Source: an uncultured Aquiluna sp.
GTDB taxonomy: Bacteria > Actinomycetota > Actinomycetes > Actinomycetales > Microbacteriaceae
Assembly (NCBI GenBank): GCA_913775595.1
Contig: CAJYLB010000001.1
Span: 930,001-994,000, forward strand
Length of the DNA: 64,000 nt
Reading direction: 5' to 3'
In this document: positions 22,701 through 29,957 of the stretch, piece by piece
How positions within the stretch are numbered: position 1 is the first letter of the stretch
Layout: each line of letters begins with the position of its first letter
Notes under the pieces: model-generated
Databases searched by the model: none
Seen by the model: only the letters and a program-made list of their open reading frames with translations
Told to the model about the DNA's origin: nothing
Made by a program: the position numbers and the translations under genes

Positions 22701-25700
22701 AATTCTCGCCGACAAAGAAATTGCCGTTTTGGCTTGAGCCAGAAATTGACCCGGACTCAGCCAATACACCATCAATAAAGAGCTCATAGTTCCCATTGTC
22801 GAATGCATATGCAAAGTGGTGCCATGCACTTTGAGCCAAAGGAATTGATGTTGTGATCCAGTCTCCATCGACCACGTAAAGCTCTCGATTTGCCCCATCA
22901 TTCGCAACCATTACTGTGAAGCCACTTCCATCCGATGACCCATCCGTGCCTTGGGACAGAATTGGATTTTGGTTGCCAGCGTGATTCTTCTCGTAGAACC
23001 AGGCCTCAATGGACCAGCTTGACCTGTCATCAGGCAATACAGTGCCCGTTCTCTTTAGAGACTTCCCGGTTGTAGCACCGCTACCAGGGCTGGCACTTGT
23101 GAAGTTTGCATAGTTGTTTAGCAGGTTCTGCTGCCAAACCGGGTACAAAGTCAGGTTTGCATCCGTTGAGTAATTAGCCCCCAACGCATGAGTCTCAGCA
23201 CCGCCGTCAGTCGTGGACCAGCCAGTGACCGTGTAGCCGGCACGGGTGAAGTAGGAGTTCGCGGTTGCAGAATTTGGGAGACTGAAAGTGTCTCCGTCAT
23301 ATTTAAACCCTGTAACCGTTGCTCCGGTGCCATTTGTTCCGGCCTTGAACTCGATATTTGCCAAACCATAGGTTGCAGCTTTTGCCTTGAAACCGGTTTG
23401 TATTTCAGTTGAGGTTAGGGCCTTGTTGTAGATGCGGAACTCGCTCATCTTGCCGAAAAAGCCGATGTTGTTCCGGCCATCTCCCAGCCACAAGTAAGGG
23501 TTAGTGCTTGCGGTTCGATTCACTCCAGTGATCGGATCGCCATCAGGAGATCCATTCACGTAGAACTGCAATTTGCCAGACGCGTCTAATGTGAAGCCGA
23601 CGAGATACCAATCGGTTGACGAATTAGCAGCGGTCCCGATTTCAAAAACATACGACCCATAAAGATTGTTACCAGTTGGGCTGATCGTAGAACCATTCTC
23701 AGAGGTGAAGACGTTGAGGCGAGCGTTATTCACACCTTCTCTTCTGATCGCGAAATGCCAGTCTGGCGAGGACGCCCCGCCCGAGTTCGTAAACCACTGG
23801 GTGGCGAGGATGTTCCAACCGTCTCGAAGAGATGTTGGCTGAACCCACGCCTCGACAGTGATTGCCCCGCTGACTGCAGTCTCACTGCCGGAGAACTGGA
23901 TTGCATCGCCACTTCCATCAAACGTAAAACCCTCAATGTTGCCATCTGATCCAAAGTACGCCGCATTTCCTAGGGCCGTTCCTTGGGCATTAGATGCTCC
24001 AGGCAGCACGCTAGTCCAGGTGTTGCCACTGTTAGCAAGGCTGTCACCGTTAGCGCCATCGAGATTAATGAACAGGTTGGTCCAGCGAGCGTAAAGGTTC
24101 CCGTTTGCAGAGGGAGAGTAAGAGTCTCCGGCATAACCCACAAAAGTAGTCAGTCCATTGTCGGAGTACCATCCGCCAAATAGTCTTCCGTCCGAGATGG
24201 TTGGCGTTGGGAGTGTAATTGCCAGGCCGCCAACTGTGTAATCGGCATCGACAGGTCTCGTCCCACCGTCAGCACCGTTGTAGTTGTAAGTGATTGTGTA
24301 GGACGCAGTGCTCGTGACACTGACCTTGCTGGATTCACTGCTTGTGACGTAATTGCCGCTTCCAACCGCAGTCAAAGAAATCTGATATTGAGTTCCGTCT
24401 GCGATGTTTTCGAAGCTTCCAACAGCATCTGTAACCGTGTAGCTAGTTAGGTTGTTTGCAAGAGAAATTGTGTCCAAGAGAGTTGTGCCGGCAGCGTCAT
24501 AAATCTTTAGAGCATAGGAGGAGGCATTCGCTACCGCAGACCAGGACACATCAATTGACTTCAAAGTGCCCGCCGTGGCCCCAACTGTGGGGGCACCAAT
24601 ATTGGAAAGCGTTGCTGCCGCCACAGAAATGGTGAAGGTTCCTGTTGTTGCTGTTGCTGCTGAGCTGTCCGTAACTGAAACAGTTATTGCCGAGTCACCA
24701 GCCGTGGTTGGAGTGCCCGCAATAACACCAGTGGATCCGTTTAGGGAAAGGCCAGCTGGCAAACTGCCCGAGGTGACGGCATAGCTAAAGCCACCAGCGC
24801 CAGAAGCCGAAAGCGACAGCGAGTAGGCCGAATCAACCGTTGCAGCCAGTCCAGAAGTTGGGGTGGTTATGGAAATTGGCGTGAGGTAACGGATTGCGAC
24901 CAAGCCGGAGCCACCTGCACCACCGGATGCGCAGCCTGAGCTTCCACCACCACCGCCGCCGCCGCGATTGGCAACTCCAGGTGAGCCAACGGCGCCGTCG
25001 GACCCTGCACCAGCTCCAGCTCCTGAGCCTCCAGATGCCGCCGCAGCTGTTCCCCAAGATCCACCGCCACCACCGGAGCCATAAATCACAGCGGAGCCGA
25101 AGAAGTTGATGCTGTAGCCTGCTGCTCCAGACGAGCCCGCTTGGCCGCTGCCGGTCGCTAGAGCAGCACCTCCTGAGGCTCCCTGACCTCCGGCATCCGA
25201 TCCAGCTGAAATAGTTCCGCCTGATGTTGCGACGCTAACAGCGGGTGAGCCGGGTGAAGCACAAATATTGTCTGACCAATGCGTCTGACCACCCGTGCCG
25301 CCGTTAGCAAAATAATTCAAGCCGCTTATGTCGATCGTGGAACTTCCTCCAGCACCGCCGTCTCTCGCGGCGTCAACAACGGTGGAGTTGCCAGCACTTT
25401 TTCCCGCTCGTCCGCCTGAACCTACTGAAACAATTACGCCGTCGGCCGAGCTAACGTCAACACCGGATTTATAGAACACGCCACCACCGGCACCACCGGC
25501 ACCAACGTTTTCACCGCCACCGCCACCACCGCCGACGACTAGGGTGTCAATGCTGGAAACCCCGGAAGGTAGAGCTACTGCACAGTCACTCCCGCTGAGC
25601 ACAGAAATTGAGTTGTAGTTGTTGCCTGAAGCAGTGAAACTGCCTGTTTGTGTCGTGCACGGCTCGTACCATATCGCGTGCAGGGTGGAAGCGGCTGTTG

Positions 25701-28700
25701 CTGGCGACGAATACGGCCAGCTCTCAATGCGATTACCGATATCACCCTGATCGCCGGAGGTATCAGTGGTAGACCACCCAACAAAAACTTTGCCGGACTT
25801 GGTTGGACTTACGGGCTTTGCGATAGTGCCACCGGTTGTGAAGCTGGAGTCGCTGACAGCCGAGCCCCCATTTGAATCCCATGTCACCGTATTTGATGTC
25901 GCAGACCAGAGCGCATAGACGGTGTCAGGTGAGCTTGAAGGGGTAATCGATCCCCCAAGGTCCGCTCCCTCGCTAGATTCAGCCCAGCCTGCGAAAGTGT
26001 AGCCAGCCTTGGTTGGACCGGAGCCTGGCAAAGCAAGCGTTCCGCTTGTGACCAGCGAACTCGGGGTTGAATTCAAACTTCCGCCGTCGGCATTTAAGTT
26101 GACGGTTGTGTAGGTTAGGTCGCCGGCGTTGTAAGCATCAATCTCTGCCGGCGTAAGAGGCGAAGAAAAAATTCTTAGTGAGCGAATCTTGCCCTCTTGC
26201 CAGGTATCTGCGGTCCAGTTTGAACGACCTATGTAAAGGTTTTCCCATTCGGCAGCTGCGGGTGGTAGCGCCGTCATTGACGTGTCATTAGTTACCCGAG
26301 TTTCATCAACCCATATCTGACATGAGCTTCCGTCGAGCCTTACCGTATAGCGCTTTAGTGTGCCATCGAGCGCATTTGGAGCGACACAATCGTCGTCAAG
26401 GACCGCACCGCTGTAAATCTGAAAAATCAAATCATTCGTGTTTCCAGAACGCGAGAGAAGTAGATTGCTTCTTCCGTCAGCCCACTCCCCATCATTCGCA
26501 TCTCCAAAGTCAAAAATTCGATCCCAAACATGCGAATCGTCTAGATCCTGGGGCAGAGCAGCGTAGGTGTCGATTGTGATGCCAGAGCTGAACTGGCTGG
26601 CTGACATAGTGCCGGCAACATCGATGAAGGCACCATCGTTTCCGGTCGGGAAATCGAAAGCTTGATCTACAACTGACACAGAGGCCGCCGACGGCGCTCG
26701 AGTAGTTAACGTCCCATTTCCGACATGAGAGCCATGATTTGTAATCGAAGAGCCCGAACTAAATGAGTTGGTGTCTGTTGCATCTAGGGCTAATACGAGG
26801 GTTGACTCCCATACCGGATAAAAAGTCTCGGCTGCGTTAGTTGAGTAGGTTGCACCAAAGGCATGGGTAACAGAACCACCGTCTGTCGTTGACCAGCCCA
26901 CTACTCGATAGCCCGTTCGAGAAAACCAGCCGTTTGAAGTAGCTGAAGACGGCAGTAAGTAGTCCGAACCTTGACCTTTGAACTGGGTCTGATTTGCAGA
27001 GGCGCTCTGGCCTCCCGAATCCAGTGTTATCAAGTACTGGGTCTGGTAGCGAACAACAATTACTCCGGAGCCCCCCGGGGCCCCATAGTTGGCTAACCCG
27101 AGATAGCTCCCTCCTCCACCGCCTGAACCTGTATTAGGTGCACCTCCTGATGCATCCGAGGCTCCGACACCACCTTTGCCGCCGATTGAATTTGTCGAAA
27201 TCTGGCTAGTTGAGTTTGGGTATGAACTATTTCCATAGCCGCCGGAACCGCCGGCCGCGTACCATAGCGCGGATCCCGTAATGTCATTTTGGACTCCAGC
27301 GCCGCCTGCTCGATCAGTTGCTGCCGATCCGGCACCGCCGCCGCCACCGCCGACCGATCCGCTACCAGAAGCACCCCCGCTTCCCTGTCCTACGGTTCCG
27401 GTGCCAGCACTGCCTGACAAGTTCTCTCCCGCACCACCGCCGCCGGAGCCACCAGAATGCCCATTTTTTACGGTGCCAGAATTTGTAGCGTCGCCACCGC
27501 CGCCACCGCCAATTGGGGCTAGCCGATCACCCGACCCATCCCCAAATGTTGAATCTTGCCCGTCCCCCGATTGATAACCCTGGGTCGATGCGTCAACAGC
27601 GTAGCCGCCTATACCGCCCTGACCGACCACAACCGACTCAACTCCAGAAACAGCTAGCGAGGTTGAAGTGAGGTAGCCTCCGGCACCGCCACCTCCACCC
27701 TCGTCCGCACCACCACCTCCACCGCCTGCAACTGCGAGAGCTCGAACGGTGAAAACATCGCCGGGAACGGTCCAACCCCCCACTCCAGGTAAATAAGTTC
27801 TCGGGAAGGTGAGAATTGTGTCGGAACCCGAGGTTTGTGAATTCTTCACATCCTCATGAGCCACTGTGCCGACAGATGTGAGGTCGGCAGAGCCAACCCT
27901 GTCGTATGCGGTACCAGACGCTGAGTTAAAGTCATAAACAGCTCGCAAGCTAGGAGAGCCCGAAGCCCCTCCCGCAAGGAGGTGCATGCTCTCGCTAACC
28001 TGGCTTTGATTGAGCGCAGTGTCCCAGATTTTGAGCTGATCAATTTCGCCGTCAAACGCTCTGTCCTCAGACGCGGAGAAATAACCTACATATAAATCGT
28101 CATAAAGGTTTTGGAAACTTACCCCCGTCATGACGTGACTCTCCACAAGTTGCCCGTTTTTGTAAGAGTTAAGCGTGTAGGTTGAGCCGCTTATAGAAAC
28201 AGCAACTGCAATGTGGGTCCATTCGCCAATAGGTGCCGTGAGTCCTGCGGGCTTTCTGTTTGAAGCCTTTGAGGTGTCGCTAGTTCGGGGGGCATAGACA
28301 ACCTGAACTTGATCAGATCCAATGACTCCTCCGCCTATGTTTATATCGAATCTTCCATAGTTTGAGCCACCTCTGTTGTGTACGATCTGATTCCACTTAT
28401 TGGTCAAGCTATCTGGCTTGACCCATACCTCCACCGTGAAGGATGTTCTTTGCGGAATCGACTGGTGACCCTCAAGAACGAAGCCTTGTTGGTTACTTCC
28501 GCCTGAGAGAGATAGGGCGTAGTCAACAGTCGAACCTGCCCCTGGATCGGACGCAGCTGCCGGAGCAGCACCGAAAGACGTTAGTGAAATCAGAGCCAGA
28601 GAAATGGAGGTGGCAGCGGCAGCAAGGCGCCTGAGTGAGCGCTTAGCCAAGGCGAAGCTGGCCGAAAGCGGTGCGCCTTTGTTACTGCACACTGGAGGCC

Positions 28701-28713
28701 GCCATTGTTTCAT
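16729..28713 (-). CDS. Giant (3994 aa) secreted modular surface protein: about 4 LamG-like, 2 Gly-rich, about 18 InlB B-type repeats, 2 Ig(He_PIG)-FN3 pairs, 1 DNRLRE/CBM96-like and 1 further FN3 domain
   Basis: Uninterrupted 12-kb ORF. Signal peptide ends APAAA. Repeats of the form YTVTY..NGG...PTRTGYTFxGW...TLYAxW; FTVEVWVKP/WTHIAV LamG motifs; LPAGLSLNGSTGVIAGTPT He_PIG; VSWTAPTSDGGSAITGYTV FN3. Domain calls made by eye. Confidence 0.85.
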   Translation of the reverse strand: MKQWRPPVCSNKGAPLSASFALAKRSLRRLAAAATSISLALISLTSFGAAPAAASDPGAGSTVDYALSLSGGSNQQGFVLEGHQSIPQRTSFTVEVWVKPDSLTNKWNQIVHNRGGSNYGRFDINIGGGVIGSDQVQVVYAPRTSDTSKASNRKPAGLTAPIGEWTHIAVAVSISGSTYTLNSYKNGQLVESHVMTGVSFQNLYDDLYVGYFSASEDRAFDGEIDQLKIWDTALNQSQVSESMHLLAGGASGSPSLRAVYDFNSASGTAYDRVGSADLTSVGTVAHEDVKNSQTSGSDTILTFPRTYLPGVGGWTVPGDVFTVRALAVAGGGGGGADEGGGGGAGGYLTSTSLAVSGVESVVVGQGGIGGYAVDASTQGYQSGDGQDSTFGDGSGDRLAPIGGGGGGDATNSGTVKNGHSGGSGGGGAGENLSGSAGTGTVGQGSGGASGSGSVGGGGGGAGSAATDRAGGAGVQNDITGSALWYAAGGSGGYGNSSYPNSTSQISTNSIGGKGGVGASDASGGAPNTGSGGGGGSYLGLANYGAPGGSGVIVVRYQTQYLITLDSGGQSASANQTQFKGQGSDYLLPSSATSNGWFSRTGYRVVGWSTTDGGSVTHAFGATYSTNAAETFYPVWESTLVLALDATDTNSFSSGSSITNHGSHVGNGTLTTRAPSAASVSVVDQAFDFPTGNDGAFIDVAGTMSASQFSSGITIDTYAALPQDLDDSHVWDRIFDFGDANDGEWADGRSNLLLSRSGNTNDLIFQIYSGAVLDDDCVAPNALDGTLKRYTVRLDGSSCQIWVDETRVTNDTSMTALPPAAAEWENLYIGRSNWTADTWQEGKIRSLRIFSSPLTPAEIDAYNAGDLTYTTVNLNADGGSLNSTPSSLVTSGTLALPGSGPTKAGYTFAGWAESSEGADLGGSITPSSSPDTVYALWSATSNTVTWDSNGGSAVSDSSFTTGGTIAKPVSPTKSGKVFVGWSTTDTSGDQGDIGNRIESWPYSSPATAASTLHAIWYEPCTTQTGSFTASGNNYNSISVLSGSDCAVALPSGVSSIDTLVVGGGGGGGENVGAGGAGGGVFYKSGVDVSSADGVIVSVGSGGRAGKSAGNSTVVDAARDGGAGGSSTIDISGLNYFANGGTGGQTHWSDNICASPGSPAVSVATSGGTISAGSDAGGQGASGGAALATGSGQAGSSGAAGYSINFFGSAVIYGSGGGGGSWGTAAAASGGSGAGAGAGSDGAVGSPGVANRGGGGGGGSSGCASGGAGGSGLVAIRYLTPISITTPTSGLAATVDSAYSLSLSASGAGGFSYAVTSGSLPAGLSLNGSTGVIAGTPTTAGDSAITVSVTDSSAATATTGTFTISVAAATLSNIGAPTVGATAGTLKSIDVSWSAVANASSYALKIYDAAGTTLLDTISLANNLTSYTVTDAVGSFENIADGTQYQISLTAVGSGNYVTSSESSKVSVTSTASYTITYNYNGADGGTRPVDADYTVGGLAITLPTPTISDGRLFGGWYSDNGLTTFVGYAGDSYSPSANGNLYARWTNLFINLDGANGDSLANSGNTWTSVLPGASNAQGTALGNAAYFGSDGNIEGFTFDGSGDAIQFSGSETAVSGAITVEAWVQPTSLRDGWNILATQWFTNSGGASSPDWHFAIRREGVNNARLNVFTSENGSTISPTGNNLYGSYVFEIGTAANSSTDWYLVGFTLDASGKLQFYVNGSPDGDPITGVNRTASTNPYLWLGDGRNNIGFFGKMSEFRIYNKALTSTEIQTGFKAKAATYGLANIEFKAGTNGTGATVTGFKYDGDTFSLPNSATANSYFTRAGYTVTGWSTTDGGAETHALGANYSTDANLTLYPVWQQNLLNNYANFTSASPGSGATTGKSLKRTGTVLPDDRSSWSIEAWFYEKNHAGNQNPILSQGTDGSSDGSGFTVMVANDGANRELYVVDGDWITTSIPLAQSAWHHFAYAFDNGNYELFIDGVLAESGSISGSSQNGNFFVGENSYYQAGTPRHVFFGYVDQVKVWSKPLTLSEVQTSMHSASSGGVSNLEHLYTFDNSSNRGEDSVGSKDLSENGTGTAVSYADFDLGIRAPSSGLSATLGAAYNLPGFAPGGKGSKTFSVSSGSLPPGLSISASSGAISGTPTTAGSYSLAVTATDQAGTAETTSNFTITVPTINLTNVGTPTVATTAQTLKSIDVSWTAVANASSYTLKIYDSAGTSLLDTISLASGLTSYTISAAAGSFENIADATQYQISLTAVGTGNYVTSSESAKASVTTLSSHTVTYNDNGSNSGSVPSSQVKIEGVALQLASNSGTLAKTGYTFAGWNTQADGEGTDYAESANYSTDSGLTLYAKWTPNSYTVTYQSGDSGAGSSQTATKTHGVDLTLANKATAEGWFTRANHQIAGWSVNSDGSTTDHALGAAYTTEADITLYPVWESTSIEALGDTWVQSGSSANTVFGARTDLLFKNASSSIGNSYNRVSYAEFSYDPAFNWSGAALEVYVTGNSDGSRNNGYNRTYTSFNIDVYGASDASWDENSLDFTEARTTGQGWGLDTANSWPWNPKSATYLGTISIPTSNSTVGKKYALATAALDNFLNGDADGAVTIYMRRSDTDSQANLTLASSENATYPGPSLALAGSGYEYTIAYDINGGSGTLPSSGTYEQGGSVYQIEATTGITPPENKYISGWNTQADGNGTDVAPGSNYSTARSLTLYAKYLSNPTVTFKSNYVGGAGDVTQRVPVSTATALRENTFTRTGYSFAGWDTAADGSGTDYADEADINLAADDILYAQWTANTYTVGFDYHGADGGDNDASKSYQTGGAAITLPTPTRTGYTFEGWYVGDYLARVGGAGDAYTPSVNVTLNAKWSADPFTLTYNGTNKTSGSVPVDGSTYTYLSSATIKANSGGLTRTGYVFSGWVTNADGSGTAKNAGETIQFSSAANLNLYPKWTAGTFTITYSSNGATSGSLAKASDNYTTSPGTSVTLPGRGTMVKAGYTFDGWNTSPSGAGGDIGATLAPTQDVTLYAIWTPVDYTFTYNLNGGGGTIPTAQSENIENTVVVSNVGGDVAKANHWFAGWSTESDGSGNSYAPGSTVTIPIGGETLYAVWVPNQYRISYNANGGTGGPDLSATSGYDTATVGQAYSIRSKGDIARTGYTFSHWTTDAAGTSDRYDAAQNAVGELSTYTPSANTVFYAQWTATTYNLNFDTDGGDAVINSPLGRTIGQTLTLPSAGNKAGYTFSHWSDGSNNYPAGANFVVGSSNVSFVANWTPNIYTVTYDWQGGQVKVGENAKVSDSYTVGTGNMSLPNGTTYFRDGYEFAGWSTVPGGAALTTHSPTADGILYALWDDGSYTLTYDGYGATTGAGGAGSVGRGSAITLPTPVRPGFVFTGWYDSETGGNKIGNGGQSHTPNKSKKMYARWVQKSLYGVDPSALETAAVLTVGNDAGRSGGDITRNHAATGASATVSVPDAALPANTVVTAQYFKDTERQESLIPGDNNFIFSLLVSWINGSGKTATVPNTDAGKAISVTLNSAAIKKGQLIYQVIGTEITELGRATADGTITVELTEDPEIVVASTVPDKPTGVSATAASEEAVVSWTAPTSDGGSAITGYTVTSSGGQTCTTATTSCTVAGLTNGTSYTFSVKATNVVGDSVASTASTAVTPALANYAVTFNSNSGSAVASGSFIAGGTIAQPASPSRSGFTFSGWSTTLNDVSTKVTFPYDPGIDNNVTLYALWTAVSNNPQPAPVVPVVPTPPVVTPPEDAPPTKIGFIPTPPSTPAKDSGPVGDESGDTEKVIFTPDTTEKNLVAKGTDWEVSVGAVRSEETVSQVTESLTLELQIASKAKVSGKGLKPNSYVEVWIFSTPKYLGTVEIDALGAFASELPLPSDLLPGEHTLQIGTLNAQGQLVTMSIPVIVKGKVTVGTFKGYIAIYTADLDGQRLSAKVAGKWLVQDPISPYKRFTYSRIVRFTGAGYDIIVDVYINRQFYIRTTTRTR
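21880..22450 (-). repeat. Second copy of the internal He_PIG + FN3 module (first copy about 24310-24870)
   Basis: TLKSIDVSWTAVANASSYTLKIYD...GSFENIADATQYQISLTAVGTGNYVTSSES is nearly identical to TLKSIDVSWSAVANASSYALKIYD...GSFENIADGTQYQISLTAVGSGNYVTSSES. Confidence 0.85.
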
Positions 28714-28804
28714 GTTTAGTGCATTGCTTTATTCGATAGACAAAAGTGGTGTAAGGATAACGAGCCTGCACTGAGCCAAGCCGAATAAAGTGTGGATACC
28801 CGAA

Positions 28805-28840
28805 CATAAACAAACCCCCGAGAGTCTTGCTCTCGGGGGT
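28805..28840 (-). terminator. Intrinsic terminator of rplJL
   Basis: ACCCCCGAGAG/CTCTCGGGGGT stem (28814-28840) followed on the minus strand by TTGTTTAT. Confidence 0.85.
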
Positions 28841-28858
28841 CTATCTTTTTGAAGCTAA

Positions 28859-29245
28859 TTACTTGAGGGTAACCTTGCCGCCGGCAGCCTCGATCTTTGC
28901 CTTGGCCTCTTCAGCTGCTTCCTTCTTTGCACCCTCTAGCAGGGTTGAAGGAGCACCATCAACGAGTGCCTTAGCCTCACCCAGTCCTAGACCGGTGATG
29001 CCACGCACCTCCTTGATGACCTGAATCTTCTGGTCGCCAGCTGCATCAAGAACGACGTCGTACTCGTCCTTCTCCTCAGCTGCCTCAGCTGCGCCGCCTG
29101 CTGCGCCGCCTGCTGCTGCAACAGCTACTGGAGCTGCAGCGGTTACGTCGAACTCCTCCTCGAACTTCTTGACGAAGTCAGATAGCTCGATAAGGGATAG
29201 CTCCTTGAAAGCCTCAATGAGCTGGTCGGCAGTCATCTTTGCCAT
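28859..29245 (-). CDS. rplL: 50S ribosomal protein L7/L12
   Basis: [43 protein letters not shown]. Confidence 0.98.
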   Translation of the reverse strand: MAKMTADQLIEAFKELSLIELSDFVKKFEEEFDVTAAAPVAVAAAGGAAGGAAEAAEEKDEYDVVLDAAGDQKIQVIKEVRGITGLGLGEAKALVDGAPSTLLEGAKKEAAEEAKAKIEAAGGKVTLK

Positions 29246-29267
29246 TGTTTTCTCCTAGTTTTTACGT

Positions 29268-29780
29268 TTAGTTGGACTCTTGCTTTTGACGCAGCGCGTC
29301 GACAACGCGAACCGCCTTGGAAGGCAGTGCGTTGAAGGTGTAGGCAGCCTTGAACAGCGAAGCCTTGAAGGCGCCTGCGGCCTTGCCGAGCAGCACCTCC
29401 CTGGTGTCGAGATCTGCGAGCTGCTTGACCTCTGCATCGGTAAGTGCAGTGCCGTCCATGAGGCCGGACTTCACAACGAGCAGTGGCTGTGCCTTTGCGA
29501 ACTCCTTCAGAGCCTTTGCAGCGTTTACCGGGTCGCCGTGAACAAAGGTCATGGCGGTTGGACCAGCAAGCTGACCATCGAAGGCGGTTACTCCGGCTTC
29601 TTTGGCTGCAATGGTTAGAAGGGTGTTCTTTGCAACGACGTAAGTTGCGTCATTAGCCATTGAGCGACGGAGCTCCTTGAGCTCAGTCACGGTGAGTCCG
29701 CGGTATTCAGTCAGGTAGATTGCGCTTGAGTCAGCAAATAGCTGCTTCAGCTCTGCAACCTTCTCCTTCTTGTCTGCCAT
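29268..29780 (-). CDS. rplJ: 50S ribosomal protein L10
   Basis: LTEYRGLTV, VAKNTLL, GPTAMTF; directly upstream of rplL. Confidence 0.97.
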   Translation of the reverse strand: MADKKEKVAELKQLFADSSAIYLTEYRGLTVTELKELRRSMANDATYVVAKNTLLTIAAKEAGVTAFDGQLAGPTAMTFVHGDPVNAAKALKEFAKAQPLLVVKSGLMDGTALTDAEVKQLADLDTREVLLGKAAGAFKASLFKAAYTFNALPSKAVRVVDALRQKQESN

Positions 29781-29811
29781 GGCACTCCTTTAGTTGGTGC
29801 CGGCCTGAAGA

Positions 29812-29957
29812 ATCAAAAAAGCTCCGGCGCAAATGAACACCGGAGCTCAAGCTCTAATACTCACCTGCGCGGGCCGTCTTTTCAGACTCTTCGTAGGCCA
29901 GGCGAATCTAGAGAGAAGTTCTTTTGATTACCTGGACCTAGACCGGCGGTCTTTGGC
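29812..29957 (-). ncRNA. L10 leader (rplJL autoregulatory RNA) with terminator hairpin
   Basis: Minus strand GCCAAAGACCGCCGG...CCCGCGCAGGTGA as in actinobacterial L10 leaders, then AGCTCCGG...CCGGAGCT-TTTTT (29847-29815). Confidence 0.75.

Noticed and set aside
24885..27830. GCC/CCG-rich repeats as a CRISPR array or contingency locus
   Set aside because: They are in-frame glycine codons of mixed sequence within the giant ORF, with no repeat-spacer periodicity.
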